Shown: positions 1 to 9,566 of the stretch, piece after piece
Layout: every line of letters begins with the position of its first letter
How positions within the stretch are numbered: the stretch's first letter is position 1
From: Planctomycetota bacterium
GTDB lineage: Bacteria > Planctomycetota > B15-G4 > JADJEK01
DNA: 64,000 nt
Reading direction: 5' to 3'
Assembly (NCBI GenBank): GCA_044225365.1
Contig: JBGAIQ010000001.1
Coordinates: forward strand, 352,001-416,000
Notes under the pieces: generated by a model
Seen by the model: only the letters and a program-made list of their open reading frames with translations
Databases searched by the model: none
Told to the model about the DNA's origin: nothing
Program-made: the position numbers and the translations under genes

Positions 1-1320
1 TATCTCCAGGGCTACGAGCATCCGGCCCGCGGCGCTCTACCCCTGCGCGGAGTGCGTTTCGTCGCGCCTGGCACGAGTCTCGAGATCGGGCGCGGACGAC
101 GAAGCGTGGAGAGCACGTTCTCGCAACTCACCGCGAACTTCGATCGCGAGCAAGCGGACGAGCTCGAGCGAACTCGCGACTCCGAACTCGTCGATCGCGT
201 CGACGCGATGTTGAACGAGAGCGTCGAGAGCCAGTTGTTCGCGGATGCACCCGTCGGGGCCTTCTGCAGTGGCGGCGTCGACTCCTCCCTGCTGCTCGCG
301 ATCGCGAAGCGCCATCGCAAGGACTTCCAGATCTTCCACGCCAACGTCGTCGGTCGCGGCAGTGAGCTCGACGCCGCGACGGCGCTCTCTCGTCATCTCG
401 GACTCGAATTGAAGAAGGTCGACGTGGTCGCACAGGACTTCGTCGATCTCATGCCGGACGTGATCCGTCACTACGGATTCCCCTACTCGGGACATCCCAA
501 CTCGATTCCATTCCTGCGCGTGTCCCAACTCGTGCGCGAGAATGGAGTGAAGGGGGTTCTTTCGGGCGAAGGCTCCGACGAGTGCTACCTCGGATACGAG
601 TGGATGCGGCCGGGGCTGCGCGAGACGATCGCGGCGCAAATGCCGTTCGCACGTTCTTCGAGCGGCCCACGAAATGCACGCCGCGAGTCTTCATCGCGGA
701 GTCGGGCGCAGGACCTCGTCGAGGGGATCCCTTCGCGTTTCGAGCACGAGCTGACGTTCGAGCCCCTGCGCGAGTGGGTCGCGCAGTCCGACGGGCTGCG
801 CGACAGCGCCCGCAAGACGATGCGTCATCTCGCGCATCACCTGCTCACGCTGCTGCATCGCAACGACTGTCTCGGTATGGCGGCATCGGTGGAAGCGCGT
901 TTTCCCTTCCTCGACAGTCGACTCGTTCGATTCGCCGTCAACCTTCCCGCGCGTTGCAAGCTGCGTTGGTCCCCGCGATTCGGAGGCGAGGGTCTGCTGC
1001 GCCATGTCGACAAGTGGATCGTCCGAGAAGTGGCGAAGCGCTACCTCCCGAAAGAACTCCACGCGCGACCGAAACGGGGCTTCCAGGTCCACGCCTATCA
1101 TCGCACGAAGATCGAAACCGATTGGCTCGTCCGCTCGGCGGCGATGGACGTCCTCGGCATGGATTCCCGCGAAGCGAGTTTCCTGCTCGAACGAGCGCCG
1201 CGCCCGCTGCTCCTGAAGCTCGTTCAGGTCGAGGTCTGGGTGCGCCTCTTCCTACAGGGTGAGTCCTGTGCGAACGTACAGGCGGTCTTGCGGCAGCACT
1301 TGAAGGTCGAAGCGGAGTGA
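1..1320 (+). CDS. asnB: Asparagine synthase (glutamine-hydrolysing) family amidotransferase, 5'-truncated by window edge
   Basis: Frame 1 is open from base 1. Motifs SGGVDSS, LSGEGSDE and RNDxxGMAASVEARFPFLD are typical of the AsnB synthetase domain. Confidence 0.88.
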   Translation, partial: YLQGYEHPARGALPLRGVRFVAPGTSLEIGRGRRSVESTFSQLTANFDREQADELERTRDSELVDRVDAMLNESVESQLFADAPVGAFCSGGVDSSLLLAIAKRHRKDFQIFHANVVGRGSELDAATALSRHLGLELKKVDVVAQDFVDLMPDVIRHYGFPYSGHPNSIPFLRVSQLVRENGVKGVLSGEGSDECYLGYEWMRPGLRETIAAQMPFARSSSGPRNARRESSSRSRAQDLVEGIPSRFEHELTFEPLREWVAQSDGLRDSARKTMRHLAHHLLTLLHRNDCLGMAASVEARFPFLDSRLVRFAVNLPARCKLRWSPRFGGEGLLRHVDKWIVREVAKRYLPKELHARPKRGFQVHAYHRTKIETDWLVRSAAMDVLGMDSREASFLLERAPRPLLLKLVQVEVWVRLFLQGESCANVQAVLRQHLKVEAE

Positions 1321-1331
1321 GTGGATCCCCG

Positions 1332-2036
1332 ATGAAGCACGACGACATCAAGAGTCTGTTGAAGGCGAGCCTCGAGGATCACGCGTTGTCGCGCGGTGAG
1401 AGCAAGACGCTGAAGGCGCTGCTCGACGACGCGAAGGCATCGGTCGGCGATCGGCGCGCTCTCGTTTCGCATGCGTTCGGGCTCGCCTCTGCGGATTCCG
1501 CGAATTCCGGGTCGCTCCCGGTCCTCGCCTGGCTCGAGAGCGTTTGCGTCGCGATGGTCGCCGAGGGGCGAGTCGAGTCGTCGGCGCGGAGCATGGCAGA
1601 AGTTCACTTCTCTCCGGGCGATGGTTGTCGGCGACGGATCGAAGCGCTGTTCGATGCCGCAAGGATTTCGGTCGACGTCTGCGTCTTCACGATCACCGAC
1701 GATCGAATCACCGACACGATCCTGAAGGCAAGGCGCCGTGGCGTCGTCGTTCGAGTGGTCTCCGACAACGAGAAGGGGCTCGACCCGGGCTCGGATCTGG
1801 AGCGCCTGCGGGACGGCGGGGTGGGCGTCGCGGTCGACGATTCGCCGCACCACATGCACCACAAGTTCGCTGTGTTCGACGGCAGGATCGTGCTCGCAGG
1901 GAGCTACAACTGGACGCGTTCCGCGGCGGACTGCAACGAGGAAGACCTCGTCGTCAGTGACGACTCGCGCTTCGTTGCGGCGTTCCGATCGGAGTTCGAT
2001 CGATTGTGGAATCGCTTCGCCAAGACCGCGAGTTGA
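1332..2036 (+). CDS. Phospholipase D/Nuc-like single-HKD domain protein
   Basis: HHKFAVFDG...GSYNWT (HxKxxxxD) and FSPG motifs. Start could also be GTG 1317, overlapping the asnB stop. Confidence 0.85.
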   Translation: MKHDDIKSLLKASLEDHALSRGESKTLKALLDDAKASVGDRRALVSHAFGLASADSANSGSLPVLAWLESVCVAMVAEGRVESSARSMAEVHFSPGDGCRRRIEALFDAARISVDVCVFTITDDRITDTILKARRRGVVVRVVSDNEKGLDPGSDLERLRDGGVGVAVDDSPHHMHHKFAVFDGRIVLAGSYNWTRSAADCNEEDLVVSDDSRFVAAFRSEFDRLWNRFAKTAS

Positions 2037-2123
2037 AGCGTCCTACACTCCGCGGCTTTACTTCATGTCCCCTGCGCGGTCGAATGGATTGCGAATCGTT
2101 CGTCCGGGTCCTTGGAGATACGT

Positions 2124-2714
2124 ATGTCGAATGCTCTCGTTCGTCTCCTGCGTAGCGCGTTCGTCGCGCTCCTCAGTCTCCCCGGTTGTTCCTACTTCTT
2201 CGAGAGCAAGACCACGAAGGACGGCGCGATGCAAGACCAATCGATTCATTCGATCGAGTACACCACGCTCGAGGGGAAGAAGGCTTCGTTCCAGGACTAC
2301 AAGGGCAAGGTCGTCCTCGTCGTCAACGTCGCGAGCGAGTGCGGATTCACGCCTCAATACGAGGGACTCGAGAAGCTCTACGAAGAGCTCTCGCCGAAGG
2401 GCTTCGTCGTGATCGGCTTCCCGAGCAATGAATTCGGAGGCCAGGAGCCCGGAGACGCCGCGCAGATCCAGACGTTTTGCAGTACGAAGTACGGCGTGAA
2501 GTTCCCGCTCGCCGCGAAGATCGAGACCAAGGTCGGTCCGACGCAGTCGCCGGTCTACAAGTTCCTCGGCGGGGCAACGGGTTCGCTTCCGAAGTGGAAC
2601 TTCGGGAAGTACCTGATCGGGAAGGATGGCAAGGTCGTCGCCTTCTACGCGAGCAACGTGACCCCGGAGAGCGCAGAGTTGCGCAAGGCGATCGACATCG
2701 CGCTCGGGGCGTGA
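2124..2714 (+). CDS. Glutathione peroxidase family protein (Cys-type), probable lipoprotein
   Basis: NVASECGFT, GFPSNEFGGQEPG and KWNFGKYLI motifs; N-terminal hydrophobic stretch ending LSLPGC. Confidence 0.92.
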   Translation: MSNALVRLLRSAFVALLSLPGCSYFFESKTTKDGAMQDQSIHSIEYTTLEGKKASFQDYKGKVVLVVNVASECGFTPQYEGLEKLYEELSPKGFVVIGFPSNEFGGQEPGDAAQIQTFCSTKYGVKFPLAAKIETKVGPTQSPVYKFLGGATGSLPKWNFGKYLIGKDGKVVAFYASNVTPESAELRKAIDIALGA

Positions 2715-2962
2715 GCTCGCTCTGACGAAGAGTCCACGCCGCGGCGTCGGTCACAGGCCGGGAAGGATCGCAAGGACGCACGAGGCTCGGCAAGCGCCGA
2801 GGTTTCGTGGTTGAACCATTCGCGTGCTAGATTTCAGGCTCATCGACCGCTTATCTTTCGCGTCGGTCGGAATGCTTGGGTGCCGCAAGAATCGGCGGGA
2901 ATCAACTGCGCTCTCGTTGGCGAGCGTTCCCGCGACCCTACCGCGACTCGTTCGGGGCAACG

Positions 2963-4948
2963 ATGGAATCCGAAGACACACCGTCGTCTCCTCGCCCTGC
3001 CGGGCGATCGACGCGGGGCAACGACAAACGAACGGAAAGAACCGTGGAACAGCGTCTGCGGGCTGCGGTGGAGTCGTCCCTCACGGGGATCCTGATGATC
3101 GACTCCGACGGGCACATCGTGCTCGTGAACCGCGAGGTGGAGCGGCTCTTCGGTTACTCCCGCGAGGAGTTGCTCGGCCGCTCGGTCGAACTGCTCGTGC
3201 CGGAACGCTTCCGGGCGATCCACGTGGAGCAACGCGCGCAGTTCCTCGCCCATCCCCGGATGCGAGCGATGGGAGCCGGTCGCGATCTCTTCGGGATCTC
3301 GAAGTCCGGGGTGGAGGTTCCCGTCGAGATCGGGCTCGCTCCGATCGTCACCGAAGAAGGACTCTTCGTCCTCGCATCGATCGTCGACGTTCGATCGCGT
3401 CGGCGTGCGGAGGAACGCTTCCGTATCGCGGTCGAGTCGTCGCCGAACGGCATGGTGATGATCGATCGCGAAGGAAGAATCGTCCTGGTGAATCGTGAGT
3501 TCGAGCGGATGTTCGGCTACTCGCGGGACGAACTGCTGGGGTCGATGATCGAGATGTTGGTGCCCGAGCGCTTCCGCGCTCGCCATCCATTGCACCGCCT
3601 GACCTACTTCGAGGAGCCGACCGAGCGGGCGATGGGCGCCGGGCGCGACCTGTTCGGAGTCCGCAAGGACGGCAGTGAGATCCCCGTCGAGATCGGTCTG
3701 AATCCCATCGAAACCGATGATGGTGTATTCGTCCTCGGATCGATCGTCGACATCAGCTCCCGCAAGAGTGCGGAGGCCGAACACAGGCGGCTCGAGAGTC
3801 AGCTGAGGCATTCGCAGAAGATGGAAGCGATCGGCACGCTCGCGGGCGGGATCGCCCACGACTTCAACAACGTGCTGAGTGCCATCGTCGGTTACGCCGA
3901 GATGATCGGCGAGGAGGTGCCCGCCGGTTCCCGCGCAGCCTCCGATCTCGCCGTATTGCTGAAGGCAGCGGAGCGAGGTCGCCAGTTGATCGCGCGGATC
4001 CTCACCTTCAGCCGGCGACAGGGGACTGTTCGCAAACCGGTCGCGTTGGGCGGCGCCATCCGCGATGCAGTCGATCTCCTTCGCGCGACGATCCCGACTT
4101 CGATCCAACTGCGAGTCACGATCGATCCCTCGACGCCTCGTGTCCTCGCCGACTCGACGTCGCTGCACCAGATCGTGATGAATCTCGCAACGAATTCGGC
4201 GCATGCGATGCCGAAGGGCGGCAGCGTCGACATCCAGGTCGAACCGTTCTACGTGCGCGACAGCATGGTTCGCCTGCATCCCGAACTCCACGAGGGTTGG
4301 TACGGGCGACTCTCGGTGCGGGACGACGGTCAGGGGATGGACCGCACGATCCTGGATCGCGCGTTCGAACCCTTCTTCACGACGAAGTCGACCGGGATGG
4401 GAAGCGGACTCGGTCTCACGATGGTCCTTGCGATCATGCGCGATCACGACGGCCTCGTCGAAGTGGAGAGCGAGGTCGGCCGTGGCACCCACGTGACTTG
4501 CCTGTTCCCCGCGCTCGATACCGAGAGCGACGACGTGGGCGTGAAGGAGAACTCGCTCGTTCCCGGGCGTGGGGAACTCGTGCTGTTCGTCGACGACGAA
4601 CCCGATATCGCTCGCCTCGGCGAGCGTCGGCTCGCGAGCCTCGGCTACCGAGTCGTGGTTTGCGAAGACGCCGTCGAGGCGCTGCGACTCTTCCAGGAAC
4701 GTCGGGACGAATTCGCTCTCGTCATCACCGACTACACGATGCCGAAGATGACCGGCACCGAGTTCGCCACCGCGATCCGGGAACTCCGCAAGGACTTGCC
4801 GATCATGCTGCTCACGGGCTTCGTCGATGGTCTCGATGCGGACGCGATTCGACGGGCGGGCATCGTGCACGTGCTGTCGAAGCCGATCACGATCAGCGCT
4901 CTTGCCAGGACCGTTCGCGATGTCCTGGACGCGGAGAAGCTCGCCTGA
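2963..4948 (+). CDS. PAS-PAS hybrid sensor histidine kinase/response regulator
   Basis: Two PAS domains, H-box AHDFNN, N-box MNLATNS, G-boxes DDGQGM and GSGLGL, C-terminal receiver (VDDE, TDYTMP, SKP). Confidence 0.93.
   Translation: MESEDTPSSPRPAGRSTRGNDKRTERTVEQRLRAAVESSLTGILMIDSDGHIVLVNREVERLFGYSREELLGRSVELLVPERFRAIHVEQRAQFLAHPRMRAMGAGRDLFGISKSGVEVPVEIGLAPIVTEEGLFVLASIVDVRSRRRAEERFRIAVESSPNGMVMIDREGRIVLVNREFERMFGYSRDELLGSMIEMLVPERFRARHPLHRLTYFEEPTERAMGAGRDLFGVRKDGSEIPVEIGLNPIETDDGVFVLGSIVDISSRKSAEAEHRRLESQLRHSQKMEAIGTLAGGIAHDFNNVLSAIVGYAEMIGEEVPAGSRAASDLAVLLKAAERGRQLIARILTFSRRQGTVRKPVALGGAIRDAVDLLRATIPTSIQLRVTIDPSTPRVLADSTSLHQIVMNLATNSAHAMPKGGSVDIQVEPFYVRDSMVRLHPELHEGWYGRLSVRDDGQGMDRTILDRAFEPFFTTKSTGMGSGLGLTMVLAIMRDHDGLVEVESEVGRGTHVTCLFPALDTESDDVGVKENSLVPGRGELVLFVDDEPDIARLGERRLASLGYRVVVCEDAVEALRLFQERRDEFALVITDYTMPKMTGTEFATAIRELRKDLPIMLLTGFVDGLDADAIRRAGIVHVLSKPITISALARTVRDVLDAEKLA
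3047..3780 (+). repeat. Internal tandem duplication of a PAS-PAC module (two copies of about 120 aa; boundaries approximate)
   Basis: AVESS...IVLVNRE.ER.FGYSR.ELLG...LVPERFRA.H...RAMGAGRDLFG...PVEIGL.PI...FVL.SIVD occurs twice. Confidence 0.8.
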
Positions 4949-4987
4949 ATCACGGTTCGCGATTCGTTACGATCTGCGACCTGTTCT

Positions 4988-5668
4988 TCAGGTCGGTCGA
5001 GCCTTCGAGCGGGCGCGGGCCCATCGGATCTTGATGCTGAGCAGTAGGAGAAGGATGGGAAGGGCACATAGGAGCGCGATCTGCGGGCTGCGGCGGGCCA
5101 TCAGCAGGAAGTCGTAGGTTCCGTGCAGAAGGATCGCGTACATCGCCCCGAACAGGAGTCCGGCGGTCGGACGCAGTTGGCGCAGGCGGGAGAGTCCGAC
5201 GAAGAACCCGAACCCCGAAGAGAAGGCGACGTGCGCGAGAGTCGAGGTGAATCCGCGCCAGAGTACGACCGAGTCCTCACCGGTCACCGCGAGGAAGTAC
5301 GCGTTCTCGATCGAGGCGAAGCCGAGCCCTGCCGCCGCGCCGTAGACGATGCCATCGAGCGGCTCGTCCCATTCCTTGCTCCAGAGTGCACCGAACGCGA
5401 ACGCCAGGAACTTGACGAACTCCTCCGGGATCGCGGTGACGAAGTACGCATCGAGCAGGACTTCATGCATTCCCGCCGAAGTGCCGAGAATCCGGCCCTC
5501 GAGGCGCGGGCGCAGGTAGCCGATCACGAGCGCGCCGAGCGCACCGAGCAAGAAGACGCCAAGGACGAGGAGGAGCGGCTCGGGCTCCTTGTCGTCCTTG
5601 CGGCGGATCCAGAACAGCCAGGCGATTCCCGGTACGGCTCCGATCAGCACGTCGGAGAGAGAGAGCAT
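4988..5668 (-). CDS. PrsW family glutamic-type intramembrane protease
   Basis: DDKEPEP, PEEFVK, DGIVYG...GLGFASIEN, AHVAF and HGTYD motifs; multiple TM helices. Confidence 0.9.
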   Translation of the reverse strand: MLSLSDVLIGAVPGIAWLFWIRRKDDKEPEPLLLVLGVFLLGALGALVIGYLRPRLEGRILGTSAGMHEVLLDAYFVTAIPEEFVKFLAFAFGALWSKEWDEPLDGIVYGAAAGLGFASIENAYFLAVTGEDSVVLWRGFTSTLAHVAFSSGFGFFVGLSRLRQLRPTAGLLFGAMYAILLHGTYDFLLMARRSPQIALLCALPILLLLLSIKIRWARARSKARPT

Positions 5669-5810
5669 GCTGCTTCATCGACTTCAGGAGGCGGCGGACT
5701 GAATCGGGAGTCGGAGGACGACGTGCGATTCCGTGTTCGAGTCCCGTAGTCTGTTCGCCATCGTCTCCGTTCGGCGGGGATGCATCCAGTCGTGGTGCGG
5801 AGGATCGAAG

Positions 5811-6155
5811 ATGAGCGACGACTTCTACTGTGACGAAGTCCTTTCGAAGCGGACGGCCGTTCGCGTGGTCCACGAGACGGAGGATGTCCTCGCGTATCAC
5901 CATACGCGGCCGTTCTGGCCCGTCCATATCGTGGTGATTCCGAAGCGCCACGTCCCCTCGTTGATCGATCTCGGAGACCCTTTCGACGCGGGCGAGGCGA
6001 CCCTCGCCGCGGTCCTGCGGGTCGTGCGGATCGTGGCCGCGAGAGTCGCGTCGGAACACGGCGCGGCGCGTGTCCTCACGAACGTGGGGCAATACCAGGA
6101 TTCGAAGCACCTGCACTTCCACGTGAACTACGGCGAACCGCTGCGCGCGTCTTGA
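5811..6155 (+). CDS. HIT family nucleotide hydrolase/transferase
   Basis: HLHFHV histidine triad and HIVVIPKRH; GGAGG RBS before ATG 5811. Confidence 0.9.
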   Translation: MSDDFYCDEVLSKRTAVRVVHETEDVLAYHHTRPFWPVHIVVIPKRHVPSLIDLGDPFDAGEATLAAVLRVVRIVAARVASEHGAARVLTNVGQYQDSKHLHFHVNYGEPLRAS

Positions 6156-6227
6156 AATCGGGAAGGGCGAGATGGGGCGCGTGATATCCTTCCGCCAACC
6201 CTGTTCCGGACACAGAACGACTCCCGC

Positions 6228-7322
6228 TTGATCTCGCCTTCCACGAAGCACGCTGCCGCGGCGATTCCGCTCTTCGCGATCGATGGAGAACTGCTGCGCA
6301 TCGTTCCGTACGAGCGCGGCCACATCCACAACACGTTCATCTCGGAGTGGAAACAGGATTACGGAATTCGCCGGTATCTGCATCAGCAGATGAACGACCG
6401 CGTCTTCCGCGACGTGGCGGGCTTGATGCATAACATCGAGGTCGTGACCCGCCACATCGATCGCAGGATGCAGCACGAGCACGCGGCACAGGCGTTCCAC
6501 ACGCTCCACCTCGTGGCGCCGAAGACCGGCGGCTCGTTCCTGCAGCATGCGAGCGGACCGTGGCGCACGTATCGGTTCATCGAGAACACCGAGACGTTCG
6601 ATCTCTGTCGCGACGAGAAACAGGCGTTCGAAGCAGCTCGTGCGTTCGGACGTTTTCAGTGGCAGCTGTCCGATCTCGATGCTTCCACGCTGAAGGAGAC
6701 CATTCCGGATTTCTTCAGCTCGCCGCACCGCTTGCGTCAGCTCGAATCCGCGATCGAGGGCGCGACGGACGACCGCAAACGCGAATCGAACGCCGCGATC
6801 GACTTCGTGCTCGAACGCCGGGCGATGATCTTCACGTTCGCGGATTTGATGGAGCGCGGCGAATTGCCGGTGCGCATCGTGCACGGCGATACGAAGCTGA
6901 ACAACGTCCTGTTCGATCGGGGTTCGGGACGCGCCGTGAGCATCGTCGACCTCGATACGTGCATGCCGTCGTATTCACTCTACGACTTCGGCGATCTCGT
7001 GCGATTCACCGCAGCGACCTCCGCGGAGGACGAAGTCGATTTGAAGCGCGTGGGGATGAACCTGAAGCTCTATCGCGCGCTGGTCCTGGGTTATCTCGAT
7101 GGGACTCGTGGATTCCTCTCGAAGGACGAGGTCGAGTGGATGCCGCTCGCGGCGCGCCTCGTGACCTTGACGATCGGGATGAGGTTCCTCGCCGACTACT
7201 TGAACGGCGACGTGTACTTCAAGATCGACCCGTCGCGCCCTTCGCACAATCTCGATCGTGCGCGAGTCCAGTTCGAGATGGTGAAGGCGATGGAGCGGCA
7301 GAGCGACGAGATGCGACCCTGA
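6228..7322 (+). CDS. Aminoglycoside phosphotransferase/choline kinase-fold protein, N-acetylhexosamine 1-kinase-like
   Basis: GHIHNTF, HGDTKLNNVLF, IVDLDTCM, YDFGD and RFLADYLNGDVYFK motifs. Confidence 0.85.
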   Translation: MISPSTKHAAAAIPLFAIDGELLRIVPYERGHIHNTFISEWKQDYGIRRYLHQQMNDRVFRDVAGLMHNIEVVTRHIDRRMQHEHAAQAFHTLHLVAPKTGGSFLQHASGPWRTYRFIENTETFDLCRDEKQAFEAARAFGRFQWQLSDLDASTLKETIPDFFSSPHRLRQLESAIEGATDDRKRESNAAIDFVLERRAMIFTFADLMERGELPVRIVHGDTKLNNVLFDRGSGRAVSIVDLDTCMPSYSLYDFGDLVRFTAATSAEDEVDLKRVGMNLKLYRALVLGYLDGTRGFLSKDEVEWMPLAARLVTLTIGMRFLADYLNGDVYFKIDPSRPSHNLDRARVQFEMVKAMERQSDEMRP

Positions 7323-7334
7323 GGGGCCCGCGCG

Positions 7335-8240
7335 TCAGGACCGTCGCTTGCGCTCCTCCAGTTCCTCGAGGGTCTTCGGCCAGTCGCCGCGCAGCAGTCG
7401 GGACAGCGCCCGATCGGCGAGTAGTTTTCCTCCGGTCTGGCACTGCGGGCAGTAGTTCGACTCGTTTTCGGCGTGGACGATCCGTTGCACCTTGGTGCCG
7501 CAGCGCGGGCACGGCTCGCCGAACCGGCCGTGGACGGCCATTCCCTCGCGGAAGGCCGTCACCTTCGACGGGAATTCCATTCCGGCCTCGTCTCGCGAGC
7601 GAGCGATCCACTCTTCGAGCACCTCGACCGTCGCGGCATGCAGGCTCCCGGCCTCGGTGTTGGTGAGGCGCTGCGTGAGCATGACGGGCGAGAGCCGTGC
7701 GCGGTGCAGGATCTCGTCGGAGTACGCGTTGCCGATCGCGGCGAACAACGACGGATCGGTGAGAGCGCGCTTCAAGGTGTGGTTCTCGCTGCGCAACCGC
7801 GCTTCGAACTCCGCGGCGGAGCAGGTCAGCGGCTCGAGACCTCCGGGATCGTGGAGGAGGAGCGCGCTTCGACCCGCGACGGCATGAAGCGACGCCCGCT
7901 TCTTCTTCGACGCTTCGGTGAGATGGAGCGACCCCCGTTCGAAATCGAACGCGGCGAGCGTGAGAGGCTTCCTCAGGGGCGCATCGCGCGGGCGCCACTG
8001 CAGACGCCCGGCGATCATGAGATGGAGGACGAAGTAACGGTCCGTTTTGCCGAACTCGAAGACGAGCCGCTTGCCGATGCGGGAGAATCCGGTGACGACG
8101 TCGCCGTGGAAGCTCGGTATCGGCGGATCCACCGTGCGCACGAGGAACGGGGACACGATGCGGCTTGCCACGAGCGAGGAGGCTTGGACACGCGTGCGCA
8201 ACGCTTCGAGATAGATCGTGAGATCGGGCAGCTCCGGCAT
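7335..8240 (-). CDS. Fpg/Nei family DNA glycosylase/AP lyase
   Basis: N-terminal MPELP, HLMIAGRL, H2TH IGNAYSDEILH and C-terminal zinc finger CPRC...CPQCQ. Confidence 0.93.
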   Translation of the reverse strand: MPELPDLTIYLEALRTRVQASSLVASRIVSPFLVRTVDPPIPSFHGDVVTGFSRIGKRLVFEFGKTDRYFVLHLMIAGRLQWRPRDAPLRKPLTLAAFDFERGSLHLTEASKKKRASLHAVAGRSALLLHDPGGLEPLTCSAAEFEARLRSENHTLKRALTDPSLFAAIGNAYSDEILHRARLSPVMLTQRLTNTEAGSLHAATVEVLEEWIARSRDEAGMEFPSKVTAFREGMAVHGRFGEPCPRCGTKVQRIVHAENESNYCPQCQTGGKLLADRALSRLLRGDWPKTLEELEERKRRS

Positions 8241-8244
8241 CGGA

Positions 8245-8649
8245 TCAAGGCCGGAAGCGCGCGCGTTGATCGGGTGTCGGGATCGGGCAACTCTCGTGCT
8301 TGCCGAACCATCGATAGCGGTGGCGGGCGACGAAGTCGTAGCAAAGGTCGATGAGTCCCGTCGGCAGGATCGAGAACACGGCGAGGAGTTTCCACGGCCA
8401 GCCGAGGTTCTTGACGATCATGAGGATCGCACGACCCTTCCACAGCACCTTCTCGTTCGGGCCGTCCGGATCGAGGACGAGATAGACCGTGTCGAGGTCC
8501 TTCGGATCCTTGCCGTGCCGCGGCAGGATGCGCGAAGCGGTCTCTCCCTGGAGGGGTGCGAAGGTGAAGCGCTTCTCGACGTCGCGGCGGAGCACGAATT
8601 GCACCCAGTCGTTGCAGAGGCCGCAGACGCCGTCGTAGAGCAGGATCAT
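8245..8649 (-). CDS. DCC1-like thiol-disulfide oxidoreductase (DUF393)
   Basis: YDGVCGLC (DxxCxxC), FAPLQG and YDFVARHRYRWFG...C motifs; ATGA overlap with the upstream gene. Confidence 0.9.
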   Translation of the reverse strand: MILLYDGVCGLCNDWVQFVLRRDVEKRFTFAPLQGETASRILPRHGKDPKDLDTVYLVLDPDGPNEKVLWKGRAILMIVKNLGWPWKLLAVFSILPTGLIDLCYDFVARHRYRWFGKHESCPIPTPDQRARFRP

Positions 8650-9566
8650 GCTGCCGCCGATGCCGCGTCGGGCGCTCTTGATTCGCGCGTCCCGCGATCC
8701 CTCCAACGGAGGATCCAGTGCGGCACGTTCACGAAGAACAGCGCGAGCACGATGATGTTGAGGTAGAAATCGATGAACATCAGGTGGTAGACGGAGAGGT
8801 GGAAGACGATCAGCGATGCCCCGATGAATAGCGCGGGAATGCGACCCATCAGCGCCGCGAACGCGAACATCTCGAGCACCATCGCCGACCCGAACAAGAG
8901 CTTCGTGAATCCGCGGTGTTCGAGCAGGAAATTACCGACGGCGAGCCAGTGGTGAAGGCCGTCCGCCGGAGTGAGGTGCGAGTAGTACTCGTTGTGTTGG
9001 GTGCGCACGACTTGCAGCGCAACGAGTGGGCAGTCGTGGATCCACTCGCCGCCCGTCTTGATCATCTTCGTGATGCCCGAGAGTACGTACATCGCCGCGA
9101 TCATCTGCATGCCGTAGTAGACCGCGAGATCGTCTCGCGATCGTTGGCCGAAGCGAGCGTTCGGGTCGCCGCGTCGAGCGACCCATTGCCAATGCACGTG
9201 GGCGATGAGTTGGCCGAGCAGGACCAGTGCGACGATGTTCGTGTCGTGCCGGGTCTTCGAGATGTGGGACATCCCAAAGGTGAAGACGGCGACGGTGAAA
9301 GCGAGGAGGTAGGCGAGCGCCGGGATCATGAAGCGACCTGCGGCGTAGAGCGCGACCGCGAGTGCAGCGAGTGCGAACAGCGGCCAATACACTTTGGGGT
9401 CGGCGAGGAACGTGAGGTCGAAGTAGAGCGTCACTCCCTTGGGAAAGAGTTGGTCCTTGCCCTGGATCGGTTTCGTGAGGTACGCGAGGAGGAGCGTCGC
9501 CGCGAATCCGACTCGCAGGAGCGCATGTTCCGTTCGGCTCGCCTTCAGCTCGGGTGCGAGGTCCAT
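8646..9566 (-). CDS. HTTM-like polytopic membrane protein (SdpB/vitamin K-dependent carboxylase-like superfamily)
   Basis: About 7 hydrophobic helices; YVLSGITKM...GGEWI, LEMFA and FHLSV resemble HTTM-domain motifs. Recognised by eye, no HMM run. Confidence 0.65.
   Translation of the reverse strand: MDLAPELKASRTEHALLRVGFAATLLLAYLTKPIQGKDQLFPKGVTLYFDLTFLADPKVYWPLFALAALAVALYAAGRFMIPALAYLLAFTVAVFTFGMSHISKTRHDTNIVALVLLGQLIAHVHWQWVARRGDPNARFGQRSRDDLAVYYGMQMIAAMYVLSGITKMIKTGGEWIHDCPLVALQVVRTQHNEYYSHLTPADGLHHWLAVGNFLLEHRGFTKLLFGSAMVLEMFAFAALMGRIPALFIGASLIVFHLSVYHLMFIDFYLNIIVLALFFVNVPHWILRWRDRGTRESRAPDAASAAA

Noticed and set aside
2330-2350. Selenocysteine in glutathione peroxidase
   Set aside because: The active-site codon is TGC (Cys); no in-frame TGA.
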